Below, piece by piece: positions 10,172 through 18,743 of a stretch of DNA of 64,000 nucleotides (within the stretch, counting starts at the first letter, position 1; every line of letters starts with the position of its first letter). The stretch lies in the NCBI GenBank assembly GCA_016201795.1, contig JACQCF010000027.1:113161-177160 (forward strand), given 5' to 3'. The position numbers and the translations under genes are program-made. The notes under the pieces were generated by a model, which saw nothing but the letters and a program-made list of their open reading frames with translations, was not told where the DNA came from and ran no database searches. Source of the stretch: Candidatus Omnitrophota bacterium. GTDB lineage: Bacteria; Omnitrophota; Gorgyraeia; Zapsychrales; Fredricksoniimonadaceae.

Positions 10172-11011
10172 ATGACCGAAGATGAATTAATCCTGACTTC
10201 TATTCTTCAATGCCCCCACAGCGATCTTTATCTTCGAAAGCCCTCCTTAACAGCTCAACAGCAAAAGCAGTTTGAATCTTACAAAGTCCGTCGTGAAAAT
10301 GGCGAGCCTTTGCAGTACCTTCTAGGCTGTTGTGAATTTTATGGGTTGAAATTTAAAGTTGATCAATGTGTGCTGATTCCGCGACCGGAGACAGAAGTGT
10401 TGGTAGAGACAGCTATACAGCGGGTGACCAAGGCAGGAACAGGACCCTGCGTACTTGATTTAGGTACAGGTTCCGGCAATATCGCCATAGCCTTGGCTAA
10501 ACATCTTGCCGGGGTACGCATAACGGCGATGGATATTTCCCAAGAAGCTCTGGATGTGGCCCGTGACAATGCGGTAAGACATGGGGTTGATGGGCGTATT
10601 GAGTTTATTCAGATGGATATGCTTGTGTCATTGCGAACCGAAGGTGAAGCAATCTTTTTAAGAGATTACTTCGTCACAAAAGGCGTTCCTCGCCATGATA
10701 CCGGTTTTGATCTGATTATTTCCAACCCACCATATATTCCAACAGAGCAAATGAAAACTTTGCCTGCCGATGTTCAGAAAGAACCGAGACTAGCTTTAGA
10801 AGCAGGAGAAGACGGTTTAAAGTTTCATAAATATATTATAAAATACACTCCGTTCTTGCTAAGAGCTGGTGGTTATCTTATGATGGAGTTTGGCGACGGT
10901 CAGGGCCAGGCTGTCAAAGAGTTAATCTTACAACAGCAAGTGTTTTCAAACATTCAAATCCTCCAAGACTTAGCCGGTAAAGATCGCATCATTTGTGCAC
11001 AAAATTTTTAA
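10172..11011 (+). CDS. prmC: Release factor glutamine N5-methyltransferase
   Basis: 279 aa; SAM-binding LDLGTGSGNIA and catalytic NPPYIP motif; classic prfA-prmC linkage. Confidence 0.8.
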   Translation: MTEDELILTSILQCPHSDLYLRKPSLTAQQQKQFESYKVRRENGEPLQYLLGCCEFYGLKFKVDQCVLIPRPETEVLVETAIQRVTKAGTGPCVLDLGTGSGNIAIALAKHLAGVRITAMDISQEALDVARDNAVRHGVDGRIEFIQMDMLVSLRTEGEAIFLRDYFVTKGVPRHDTGFDLIISNPPYIPTEQMKTLPADVQKEPRLALEAGEDGLKFHKYIIKYTPFLLRAGGYLMMEFGDGQGQAVKELILQQQVFSNIQILQDLAGKDRIICAQNF

Positions 11012-11024
11012 GGAGATTTAATTT

Positions 11025-12284
11025 ATGGAAAAGTTTGTCATTGAAGGCGGCAGGGCGCTCAAAGGCGAAGTAAAGATCAGCGGATCCAAAAATGCGACTT
11101 TGCCTATTTTAGCCGCGACTTTGCTCACGGACGGCATCTGCGAAATTCGTAATGCGCCTAAACTGCAAGATACGCGGACGATGTGCAAACTGCTTAAGAC
11201 TTTGGGCAAGACGGTTGAGATGAACGGCAATCAAGTGACTGTTTCAGGCAGTGTCCATACTCACGTGGCAGACTATAAATTGGTCTCGACCATGCGCGGC
11301 TCGTTTTGCGTGCTAGGGCCCTTGTTGGGCAAATTAGGTAAAGCCAAAGTGTCCATGCCCGGCGGATGCGTGATTGGTGTTCGGCCCATTGATTTGCATT
11401 TAAAAGGCATCATTGCTCTGGGGGCCAGAGCGGATTTTGAGGCGGGTAATGTGATTGCCAGCGCTGCTAAACTCAAAGGGACTCAAATGTATTTGGGAGG
11501 CATGTTTGGATCATCGGTATTGGCTACGGCCAACGTCATGATGGCGGCTGTTTTGGCTCATGGCGAAACGATCATCGAAAGTGCCGCCTGTGAACCAGAA
11601 ATTGAAGATTTAGGAAATTTTCTTAGTGCTCTGGGTGCCAACATCGAGGGCCACGGCACCCCGCGCATTGTTATTAACGGCGTTAAGAAACTCAATGGGG
11701 CCAGCTACAGAATAGGGGCTGACCGTATCGAAGCCGGTACGTTTTTGCTCATGGCGGGGGCGGCTAAAAGCGATATGCTTATCCGAGATGCGCATTACAA
11801 CCATTTGTTAGTGCTCATTGATAAACTGCATTATGTCGGTGTGGATGTGCAAAAAGATGGCAATGATATCCGGGTTCGTTGTAAAAAGACGTTACGCCCG
11901 GCCAATGTGGTGACCCATCCGCATCCTGGTTTCCCGACGGATTTGCAGGCGCAGTATATGGCGCTTATGGCCATTACGCCGGGAGTTAGTATTGTGACCG
12001 ATCGTGTTTTCCCGGATCGTTTTATGCATATTGCCGAGCTTAACCGTATGGGGGCTCAAATCCGCCGCGACGCCGGAAGTGCAATTATCGAAGGAGTCAA
12101 ACATTTGTACGGCGCACCAGTCATGGCTTCCGATTTACGCGCTTCGGCAGCTTTGGTGATTGCAGGGCTGGTCGCTAAAGGCAAAACCGAAATTCACCGC
12201 ATTTATCACTTGGACCGCGGTTATGAAGATTTGGATCAAAAATTAATCCAGTTGGGCGCAAAAGTATTCAGAGAAAAGGAGTAA
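11025..12284 (+). CDS. murA: UDP-N-acetylglucosamine 1-carboxyvinyltransferase
   Basis: 419 aa; N-term MEKFVIEGG..L.G.V.ISGSKNA.LPILAA typical of MurA/EPT family. Confidence 0.9.
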   Translation: MEKFVIEGGRALKGEVKISGSKNATLPILAATLLTDGICEIRNAPKLQDTRTMCKLLKTLGKTVEMNGNQVTVSGSVHTHVADYKLVSTMRGSFCVLGPLLGKLGKAKVSMPGGCVIGVRPIDLHLKGIIALGARADFEAGNVIASAAKLKGTQMYLGGMFGSSVLATANVMMAAVLAHGETIIESAACEPEIEDLGNFLSALGANIEGHGTPRIVINGVKKLNGASYRIGADRIEAGTFLLMAGAAKSDMLIRDAHYNHLLVLIDKLHYVGVDVQKDGNDIRVRCKKTLRPANVVTHPHPGFPTDLQAQYMALMAITPGVSIVTDRVFPDRFMHIAELNRMGAQIRRDAGSAIIEGVKHLYGAPVMASDLRASAALVIAGLVAKGKTEIHRIYHLDRGYEDLDQKLIQLGAKVFREKE

Positions 12285-12285
12285 A

Positions 12286-12360
12286 GCGGGTGGCCGAGAG
12301 AGGGGCTCCCCATCGACCGCAGGGACGAGGACGATGGGGAAACTCGAGGACAGGACCCGC
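12286..12360 (+). promoter_or_regulatory. GC-rich structured leader element upstream of trpG (candidate cis-regulatory RNA)
   Basis: Closing stem GCGGGT (12286-12291) / ACCCGC (12355-12360) encloses an 8-bp stem CCCCATCG (12308-12315) / CGATGGGG (12332-12339). GC content is far above surrounding DNA; no U-tract follows, so it is not a simple terminator. Confidence 0.3.
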
Positions 12361-12367
12361 TTAGGAG

Positions 12368-12940
12368 ATGTCTATGATTTTAATGATTGATAACTACGAT
12401 TCGTTTACGTACAACCTCGTGCAGTATTTTGGCGAGCTTAAAAGCGATATGAAAGTTTTTCGCAATGACGCTCTGACCATTACGGATATCCGCCGCATGA
12501 AACCTCAAAAGATTGTTATTTCCCCCGGGCCGGGCCGTCCGGAAAATGCGGGTATTTCCGTGGATATTATCAAAAAATTAGCCGGTGAGATTCCCATTCT
12601 CGGCGTCTGTTTGGGTCATCAAGGCATAGGCTATGCGTACGGTGCTAAAATCATCAATGCCAAAAGCCTCATGCACGGTAAAACATCCATGATTGAGCAT
12701 ACGGGCAAGGGCCTTTTTAAAGGTCTTTCGCATCCGTTTGAAGCCACCCGTTATCATTCGCTGGTGATTGACCGTCAAACCTTGCCTGATTGCCTTGAGT
12801 TGACCGCCTGGACTACCGATGACGGGGAGATCATGGGCGTGCGCCATAAAACGTTGCCTGTGTGGGGCGTGCAATTCCATCCGGAATCGATTCTAACTAA
12901 GGAAGGTAAACAAATCCTTAAGAATTTTCTTTCACTCTAA
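12368..12940 (+). CDS. trpG: Anthranilate synthase component II / aminodeoxychorismate synthase glutamine amidotransferase
   Basis: 190 aa class-I glutamine amidotransferase; catalytic GVCLGHQ and C-terminal His/Glu (VQFHPES). Confidence 0.8.
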   Translation: MSMILMIDNYDSFTYNLVQYFGELKSDMKVFRNDALTITDIRRMKPQKIVISPGPGRPENAGISVDIIKKLAGEIPILGVCLGHQGIGYAYGAKIINAKSLMHGKTSMIEHTGKGLFKGLSHPFEATRYHSLVIDRQTLPDCLELTAWTTDDGEIMGVRHKTLPVWGVQFHPESILTKEGKQILKNFLSL

Positions 12941-13953
12941 TGCGCGATTATATTGACAAAATTCAAAGTCGGCATAATTTGACCCATGAAGAAATTACGG
13001 TGGTCATGGAACTCATTATGGCCGGCCACGTCTCGGTGGATGAAATCCGCGACTTTCTATTAGCGTTAAATGCCAAAGGCCCAACGGTCGAGGAGATCAC
13101 TGCCTGTGCTTTGATTATGCGTAAATTCGTGATACCGGTTAAAACTAAACACAAAGTTGTTTTAGATACCTGCGGCACTGGCGGAGATCATAAAGGGACT
13201 TTCAACATTTCAACCACGGCGGCTTTAGTGGTGGCTTCTTGCGGGGTAGCGGTGGCCAAACACGGCAACCGTTCGGTTTCCAGCCAATGCGGCAGCGCGG
13301 ATGTGCTGGAAGCTTTAGGCATTAATGTGCATTTAAAAGAGTCTTTAGTCGGTGATTGCTTAGATAAAGTCGGCATCGCGTTTTTGTTCGCTCAACAGCT
13401 TCATCCGGCGATGAAAAATGTGGCCCCGGTGCGCAAAGCACTGGGGGTTAAGACCATCTTTAATATTTTGGGGCCTTTAACGAATCCTGCCCGGGCTACT
13501 CATCAAATGGTAGGGGTTTACAGCCGTGATTTGGTGGAGCCCATGGCTCATGTCCTGATGAATTTGGGATTAAAGCGCGCTTTGGTGGTACACGGCCATG
13601 ACGGCCTGGATGAAATTACAACCACGGGACAAACATTTATTAGCGACTATAACGGCCAAGAAGTGATCTCTTATGATATTGATCCTCAAGAGTTGGGGAT
13701 TGCGCCAGCGAAGATTGAAGATTTTGACGGCGGCGACAAGGATATGAATGCGGATATTGTGCGCTCTATTTTACAATCTCAAAAAGGCCCTGGGCGGGAC
13801 ATTGTGCTGGTCAATGCCGCCTACGGCCTTTATACCGCCGGGGCTGTACAGAACGTTTCTGACGGGCTTCGCATGGCCCAACATGCCATCGACTCCGGCC
13901 GGGCTTATCAAAAATTGGAAGAATTAAGGGAGTTTACTAATCGTGTCCGGTAA
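12940..13953 (+). CDS. trpD: Anthranilate phosphoribosyltransferase
   Basis: 337 aa; DTCGTGGD, NISTTAA, KHGNRSVSS motifs; TAATG overlap with trpG. Confidence 0.85.
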   Translation: MRDYIDKIQSRHNLTHEEITVVMELIMAGHVSVDEIRDFLLALNAKGPTVEEITACALIMRKFVIPVKTKHKVVLDTCGTGGDHKGTFNISTTAALVVASCGVAVAKHGNRSVSSQCGSADVLEALGINVHLKESLVGDCLDKVGIAFLFAQQLHPAMKNVAPVRKALGVKTIFNILGPLTNPARATHQMVGVYSRDLVEPMAHVLMNLGLKRALVVHGHDGLDEITTTGQTFISDYNGQEVISYDIDPQELGIAPAKIEDFDGGDKDMNADIVRSILQSQKGPGRDIVLVNAAYGLYTAGAVQNVSDGLRMAQHAIDSGRAYQKLEELREFTNRVR

Positions 13954-14725
13954 TTTTTTAAACGCAATAGCCGATTATAAGTCGGAAACTCTCAAAACCA
14001 AGACAGCCTATTATGAGAATTTAAAAAAGAACATGAAATCCAAGGCTCATCGGCGTTATGAGGTTTTCAAAAAAGCCATTTCTAAGCCAGGACAGGTTAA
14101 TTTGATTGCGGAAATAAAAAAGGCTTCTGTCTCGGCAGGAGTGATTCGTGAAGATTTCGACGTGATGCAAATTGCCCGAACTTATGTGGCCCATCAAGCG
14201 GCGGCAATTTCTATATTGACGGAAGATAAGTATTTTTTAGGAAAATTGTCGTATTTAAAAAAAGTCAGCGACGAATTTAACCTGCCCACTCTCATGAAGG
14301 ATTTTATCGTTCACGAGTATCAAATTTACGAGGGTGCCTTTTATGGAGCTTCGGCTGTTTTATTGATGGTGGCGATGCTTTCCGATCCTCAAATGAAAGA
14401 TTTGATGAATGTGGCCCATGCGTTGGGTTTGGATTGTCTGGTGGAAGCGCACGACGAAAGAGAAATTGAACGGGCGCTAAAAGTAGATGCCCAAATTATC
14501 GGCGTCAATAACCGTGATTTACATTCGTTAGACGTCGATTTAGCCAATTGCCTGCGCCTGATTCCGCGTATTCCAAAGGGCAAAATCATTGTGGCGGAAA
14601 GCGGGCTTAAAACGCATCAGGATGTCAAAAGTGTGCAAGAAGCGGGAGCGCATGCGGTTTTAATCGGCGAGACATTCATGCGTGCGCCGGACATCGGTGG
14701 GAAGATTAAAGAAATTATGGGATAA
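13943..14725 (+). CDS. trpC: Indole-3-glycerol phosphate synthase
   Basis: 260 aa; LIAEIKKAS.S.G.IRE, IGVNNRDL, FLIGE-like motifs; probable GTG start overlapping the trpD end. Confidence 0.8.
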   Translation: MSGNFLNAIADYKSETLKTKTAYYENLKKNMKSKAHRRYEVFKKAISKPGQVNLIAEIKKASVSAGVIREDFDVMQIARTYVAHQAAAISILTEDKYFLGKLSYLKKVSDEFNLPTLMKDFIVHEYQIYEGAFYGASAVLLMVAMLSDPQMKDLMNVAHALGLDCLVEAHDEREIERALKVDAQIIGVNNRDLHSLDVDLANCLRLIPRIPKGKIIVAESGLKTHQDVKSVQEAGAHAVLIGETFMRAPDIGGKIKEIMG

Positions 14726-14732
14726 TAGTTGG

Positions 14733-14749
14733 GTGTCATTGCGAAGGAG
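14733..14749 (+). repeat. Solitary copy of 17-mer GTGTCATTGCGAAGGAG (half of the 17280-17375 palindrome) spanning the trpF Shine-Dalgarno
   Basis: Exact match to the left arm of the menG-menF palindrome; its AAGGAG serves as the trpF SD, 8 nt before ATG 14758. Confidence 0.6.
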
Positions 14750-14757
14750 TCTAGTTG

Positions 14758-15408
14758 ATGGTTAGAATTAAAGTCTGTGGAATCACTAATGAAAAAGATG
14801 CTTTAAAGGCCGCCAGTTTAGGCGCGTGGGCTTTGGGTTTTATTTTTTATAAGAAAAGCCCGCGCTTTATCAGTCCCTATAAAGCCAAAAAAATCATTGA
14901 GCTTCTTCCCCCTTTTGTGACGCCCGTTGGTGTTTTTGTCAATCACAATCTAGGCGCTATGCGCGATATCATTGGCCACTGCGCTCTACGGGCGGTGCAG
15001 CTGCACGGGGATGAAGATCATCATTTTTGCCATCGTCTAAGACGATATCAGGTCAAAATTATTAAAGCCTTTCGGGTGGGCAGTGATTTTACACCGGCTA
15101 CTGTTGAGCCTTATAAAGTCGATGCCTATTTGTTTGACTCCTTGAACAAGGATGCTTATGGCGGTACAGGGGTCAGTTTCGACTGGACTTTGCTGAAAGA
15201 AATTAAGTCCACCAACGTACCTATCATTCTTTCAGGCGGACTCAACAGTCAAAATGTCATCGAGCCGGTCAATGACCTCAAGCCTTATGCCGTGGATGTC
15301 AACAGCGGGGTGGAAGAGACCACGGGTAAAAAAGACCACGCCAAGATGAAAGTTTTTATTGATATCGTCAACTATATTACAGGGCCGAAAGTCAAAGAAC
15401 ATCTCTAG
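14758..15408 (+). CDS. trpF: Phosphoribosylanthranilate isomerase
   Basis: IKVCGIT..A...GA.A.GFIF N-terminus and C-terminal ILSGGL motif; ATG 8 nt after AAGGAG (the track start is the in-frame TTG at 14755). Confidence 0.85.
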   Translation: MVRIKVCGITNEKDALKAASLGAWALGFIFYKKSPRFISPYKAKKIIELLPPFVTPVGVFVNHNLGAMRDIIGHCALRAVQLHGDEDHHFCHRLRRYQVKIIKAFRVGSDFTPATVEPYKVDAYLFDSLNKDAYGGTGVSFDWTLLKEIKSTNVPIILSGGLNSQNVIEPVNDLKPYAVDVNSGVEETTGKKDHAKMKVFIDIVNYITGPKVKEHL

Positions 15409-15411
15409 CGC

Positions 15412-16482
15412 ATGCGCACGTATATCCCCCAAGCTGATATCCCTATTATTATTCACTCGAGCGGTGAAGAAATACGCCAGTTTCTCTCTTTAGCCAGCCC
15501 TGATGATTTTAGAGGTGAGGCCAAGTCCGCCATTAAGTTATACCGCAAGGACCCCTATCTTTTTAGTGATAAGCACCTGGTGGAATACGGCAATAACATT
15601 GAACAGGCCATTAATAACCCCATGCGCATTGAGGTCAGGCATGCCTCACAGGCGGGGGCAGCGCAAGTGGTGGCCAAGGGTGTGTGGGGAGCAACCACCC
15701 GCCAGGAGGTCATCAAAAGGCTTAGAGAGGAGTTGACTAAGGTTGATAAGCGCATTGAGGTGCGTTTGGCTGGCTCTTCTTCGTTTGAATTTAACGTCAA
15801 AGGAGTTAATAAAGCATGTTCTATTCGTTTTTTACGGCACACGTGGCCTGATGTGTTGGCGCAGATGAATTATACTCCCGGCCCTTTTATTGACAGTCGA
15901 AAGACGCATACCATCATTAGCGCTGATGGCGACGGTACCATTTATGACGGTCCCAAAGCAGGGCAAGCGTTGCCGACCATGGCCCAGAGCCAGGCGAGAA
16001 GTGCTTTAATAGGTTGGCTTGAGGCTGGAGGGGTGTTTATGCTCAATTCCGGCAATGAGCTGGGCCGCAATGTCTTTAGACTTAAAGACGGTTTGCCGGC
16101 GCATTTGTTTGGTCGTATTTTAGTTTCCGGTAATGGCGGGGCCGATTTGGTATGTTTTGACGCCCAGCAAAATCCGGTGTGGATCAAAGGTTTTAGCGAA
16201 TTGGCGTTGTCCAACGTCATAGCCAAATATACGTTGGATATTGTTTATATCGGCGATGATGGCAGTGAAGACGGTAATGATTGGGCCGCCTTTGAGGAGG
16301 TGGGATTTGACCGTTCGGTGCTGGTGGCTAAAGATTTTAAACGAAGCTATGACGCGCGTTTGAGGACCGGCTATGCGGGGCATTTAGTCCGCGGTACCAA
16401 GACCTATTTGGAAATTGCCACCATCAAAGCCAAAAATAACCACCGCGGCAAACCCTTCCTTTCGGCCTGGGCGGTGATTTAG
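15412..16482 (+). CDS. Hypothetical protein with C-terminal HAD-IIB-like hydrolase motifs
   Basis: 356 aa; internal DGDGT (DxDGT-like motif I) and downstream GDDGSEDGND (motif IV-like). The N-terminal ~170 aa has no recognisable family; assignment is tentative. Confidence 0.3.
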   Translation: MRTYIPQADIPIIIHSSGEEIRQFLSLASPDDFRGEAKSAIKLYRKDPYLFSDKHLVEYGNNIEQAINNPMRIEVRHASQAGAAQVVAKGVWGATTRQEVIKRLREELTKVDKRIEVRLAGSSSFEFNVKGVNKACSIRFLRHTWPDVLAQMNYTPGPFIDSRKTHTIISADGDGTIYDGPKAGQALPTMAQSQARSALIGWLEAGGVFMLNSGNELGRNVFRLKDGLPAHLFGRILVSGNGGADLVCFDAQQNPVWIKGFSELALSNVIAKYTLDIVYIGDDGSEDGNDWAAFEEVGFDRSVLVAKDFKRSYDARLRTGYAGHLVRGTKTYLEIATIKAKNNHRGKPFLSAWAVI

Positions 16483-16488
16483 AAAATT

Positions 16489-16537
16489 TGTGACAGGAAC
16501 TAATTTTTGATTGGCCACAGGAAAGTTGTGCCTGTCA
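16489..16537. repeat. 8-bp perfect inverted repeat GTGACAGG / CCTGTCAC with 33-nt spacer upstream of ubiE
   Basis: Seen directly; overlaps a possible extended -10 (TGTTACAAT at 16546-16554). Confidence 0.35.
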
Positions 16538-16560
16538 CGGATTATTGTTACAATGTGCGC

Positions 16561-17271
16561 ATGTCTGTGAGTATTTCCAAAACCGAATCCTGGAAAATGT
16601 TTGACCAAATCGCCAAACGGTATGATTTCTTAAACCGCCTTTTGTCGTGGGGGCAAGATACGGCCTGGCGCCGGGAAATGAGACAGCATTTGCCCTGCAA
16701 AGAAAATTTAGATCTTTTGGATATCGCCACCGGCACAGGAGATGTGGTTTTAGCGCTGGTGAGAGATAACCCTCGTGTTCATATGGCCTACGGGGTGGAT
16801 TTAGCCGAAGGGATGCTTGAAATTGCCCAAAGGAAAATCAAAAACGAAGAGCTGCATTCTAAAGTTATGCTTCAAAAAGCTGATGCCCAGGCCCTGCCGT
16901 TTTTGGAAGGGACTTTTGATGCGGTGACGATCGCTTTTGGTATCCGCAATATTCCGGATTTGCGTCTGGCTCTTTTAGAAATGTACCGGGTGTTAAAAAA
17001 AGGCGGGAGAGTGGTGATCCTGGAATTTTCTTTGCCCGAGAATCCTCTGTTAAGAGCCGGGCACTGGGTTTATTTAAACTCTATTGTGCCTTTGGTGGGA
17101 CTTTTATTTTCGGGTCATAGCAGCGCGCATCGCTATTTGGCTCAAACGGTTGAATCTTTTCCTTATGGGACACGTTTTTGTAAAATTTTAAGACAGATGG
17201 GATTTATGAACATCCACGCCAAGCCTTTGATGGGCGGGGTCGCAACGGTTTATTGGGCGGATAAAGAATAA
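16561..17271 (+). CDS. ubiE: Demethylmenaquinone / ubiquinone C-methyltransferase
   Basis: MFDQIAKRYDFLN..LS.G.D..WR N-terminal signature of UbiE/MenG; SAM motif LDIATGTGD. Start at the MSVSI ATG inside the track ORF. Confidence 0.85.
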   Translation: MSVSISKTESWKMFDQIAKRYDFLNRLLSWGQDTAWRREMRQHLPCKENLDLLDIATGTGDVVLALVRDNPRVHMAYGVDLAEGMLEIAQRKIKNEELHSKVMLQKADAQALPFLEGTFDAVTIAFGIRNIPDLRLALLEMYRVLKKGGRVVILEFSLPENPLLRAGHWVYLNSIVPLVGLLFSGHSSAHRYLAQTVESFPYGTRFCKILRQMGFMNIHAKPLMGGVATVYWADKE

Positions 17272-17279
17272 GATTACAC

Positions 17280-17375
17280 GTGTCATTGCGAAGGAGCGAA
17301 GCGACTGAAGCAATCTCTTAAAGGGTAAAAGATTGCCACGTCGTCGCTAAAATGCGCTCCTCCTCGCAATGACAC
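17280..17375. repeat. ~96-nt imperfect palindromic element (REP/MITE-like or structured RNA) between ubiE and menF
   Basis: Left arm GTGTCATTGCGAAGGAGCGAAGCGACTGAAGCAATCT pairs with right arm AGATTGCCACGTCGTCGCTAAAATGCGCTCCTCCTCGCAATGACAC. Helices of 12, 7, 6 and 7 bp are separated by small internal loops; the 17-mer recurs at 14733. Confidence 0.6.
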
Positions 17376-17381
17376 AAGAAA

Positions 17382-18743
17382 ATGTCTATGCCGGAAGAAG
17401 AAATCATCGACTTTATAAAGGCCAAAAAAATGATGGCCAAGAGGATTCAAGAGGGCGCCCTTCACAGCACCCCCAAGAGCGTTTTTCGTATTGAAATTAA
17501 AATCCATCCCATCGATGAAATCGCCTGGATTGCCCGGCAGAAATCTGATGTTAAAATTTTTGGCGCCAATCAAGATAATACCGCTTGCATTGCCGGTATC
17601 GGCCAGGCCGCTGGTGTCAAGGGTCGTCGAATCACCAGTCTAAAAAAAGTCTTTTCGAGGTTAAGACATTATTTAAGAGAGGAATACCCTTATTTGCAAT
17701 GGTACGGCGGCCTTTGTTTTGATCCAAAACGGCCATCTAAAATATGGCAGGACTTTGGCGCCTATCGTTTTGTGTTGCCGCGTTTTGAATTGGCATCGGA
17801 CGCCAGTGCCATGATTTTTTGCTGTAATATGGTCGGGAAAATTTCATCCAAACAGACCAAAGAGATTTTAAAACAGTTGGATGCTCTTTCCTTAAGGATT
17901 TCAAAAGTTAATGATAAGATGCAAAAAGCCGGTCAACGTAGCGATGTTCCTTCCAAAAAACAATGGGATAAGAACGTTGCAACGGTCTTAAAAACAATTT
18001 CTCAAGGAGGACTCGAAAAGATCGTTTTAGCCCGCCAGACAAAACTCAAATTTGCCAACAAGCTTGATGCATGGAATATTTTACGTCGTCTTTTTGAAGT
18101 GACGCCTAATAGTTACCATTTTTGTTTTGAATTCGGCCAAACCGTTTTTTTAGGTGCCTCCCCCGAGCGGCTTTATCGCAAAGTGGGGCGTTCTATGATC
18201 AGCGAAGCAATTGCCGGCACATCCTCCAGGGGCCAGGGAGTTTCTAAGGACAATGAATTAAAAGAAAAATTGCTGGTCTCGGTGAAAAACAATCGTGAGC
18301 ATAGCTTGGTGGTTAAAGCCATTGATGAGGCGTTGCAAAGGCTTTGTGGGGATCATCAGCACAGCGAAAGGCCGCAGATTTTAACCTTGGGCAATGGCCA
18401 TCATTTAATCACCTCTTTTGAAGGTAAACTCAAAGGTCATATTTTTGATGAAGATATTCTCAAGGCCTTGCATCCAACCCCGGCGGTTGCAGGTGTTCCT
18501 CAAAGACAGGCTTTGAATACCTTAGCTCGTTTAGAAGGTTTTGAGCGCGGCTGGTACACGGGGCTGATTGGTTATGTGGGGCTTGAGTGGAGTGAGTTTG
18601 TGGTGGGTATTCGCTCGGCGCTGATCAAAGCCAAAGAAATGAGCGTGTATGCCGGTGCGGGCATTGTGCAAGGCTCAGACGCTGACGGCGAATGGCAGGA
18701 AATCGAACATAAAATCAGCAACTTTATTAAATTGATTCAATGA
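17382..18743 (+). CDS. menF: Isochorismate synthase (menaquinone-specific)
   Basis: 453 aa chorismate-binding enzyme; C-terminal GWYTGLIGYV...AGAGIVQGSDADGEWQE motif of MenF/EntC. Confidence 0.8.
   Translation: MSMPEEEIIDFIKAKKMMAKRIQEGALHSTPKSVFRIEIKIHPIDEIAWIARQKSDVKIFGANQDNTACIAGIGQAAGVKGRRITSLKKVFSRLRHYLREEYPYLQWYGGLCFDPKRPSKIWQDFGAYRFVLPRFELASDASAMIFCCNMVGKISSKQTKEILKQLDALSLRISKVNDKMQKAGQRSDVPSKKQWDKNVATVLKTISQGGLEKIVLARQTKLKFANKLDAWNILRRLFEVTPNSYHFCFEFGQTVFLGASPERLYRKVGRSMISEAIAGTSSRGQGVSKDNELKEKLLVSVKNNREHSLVVKAIDEALQRLCGDHQHSERPQILTLGNGHHLITSFEGKLKGHIFDEDILKALHPTPAVAGVPQRQALNTLARLEGFERGWYTGLIGYVGLEWSEFVVGIRSALIKAKEMSVYAGAGIVQGSDADGEWQEIEHKISNFIKLIQ

Noticed and set aside
10624-10644. 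Partial match to the palindromic 17-mer (TGTGTCATTGCGAACCGAAGG) inside prmC
   Set aside because: It is inside a coding sequence (..MLVSLRTEGE..), is only a 13/17 match, and has no complementary arm. It is likely coincidence.
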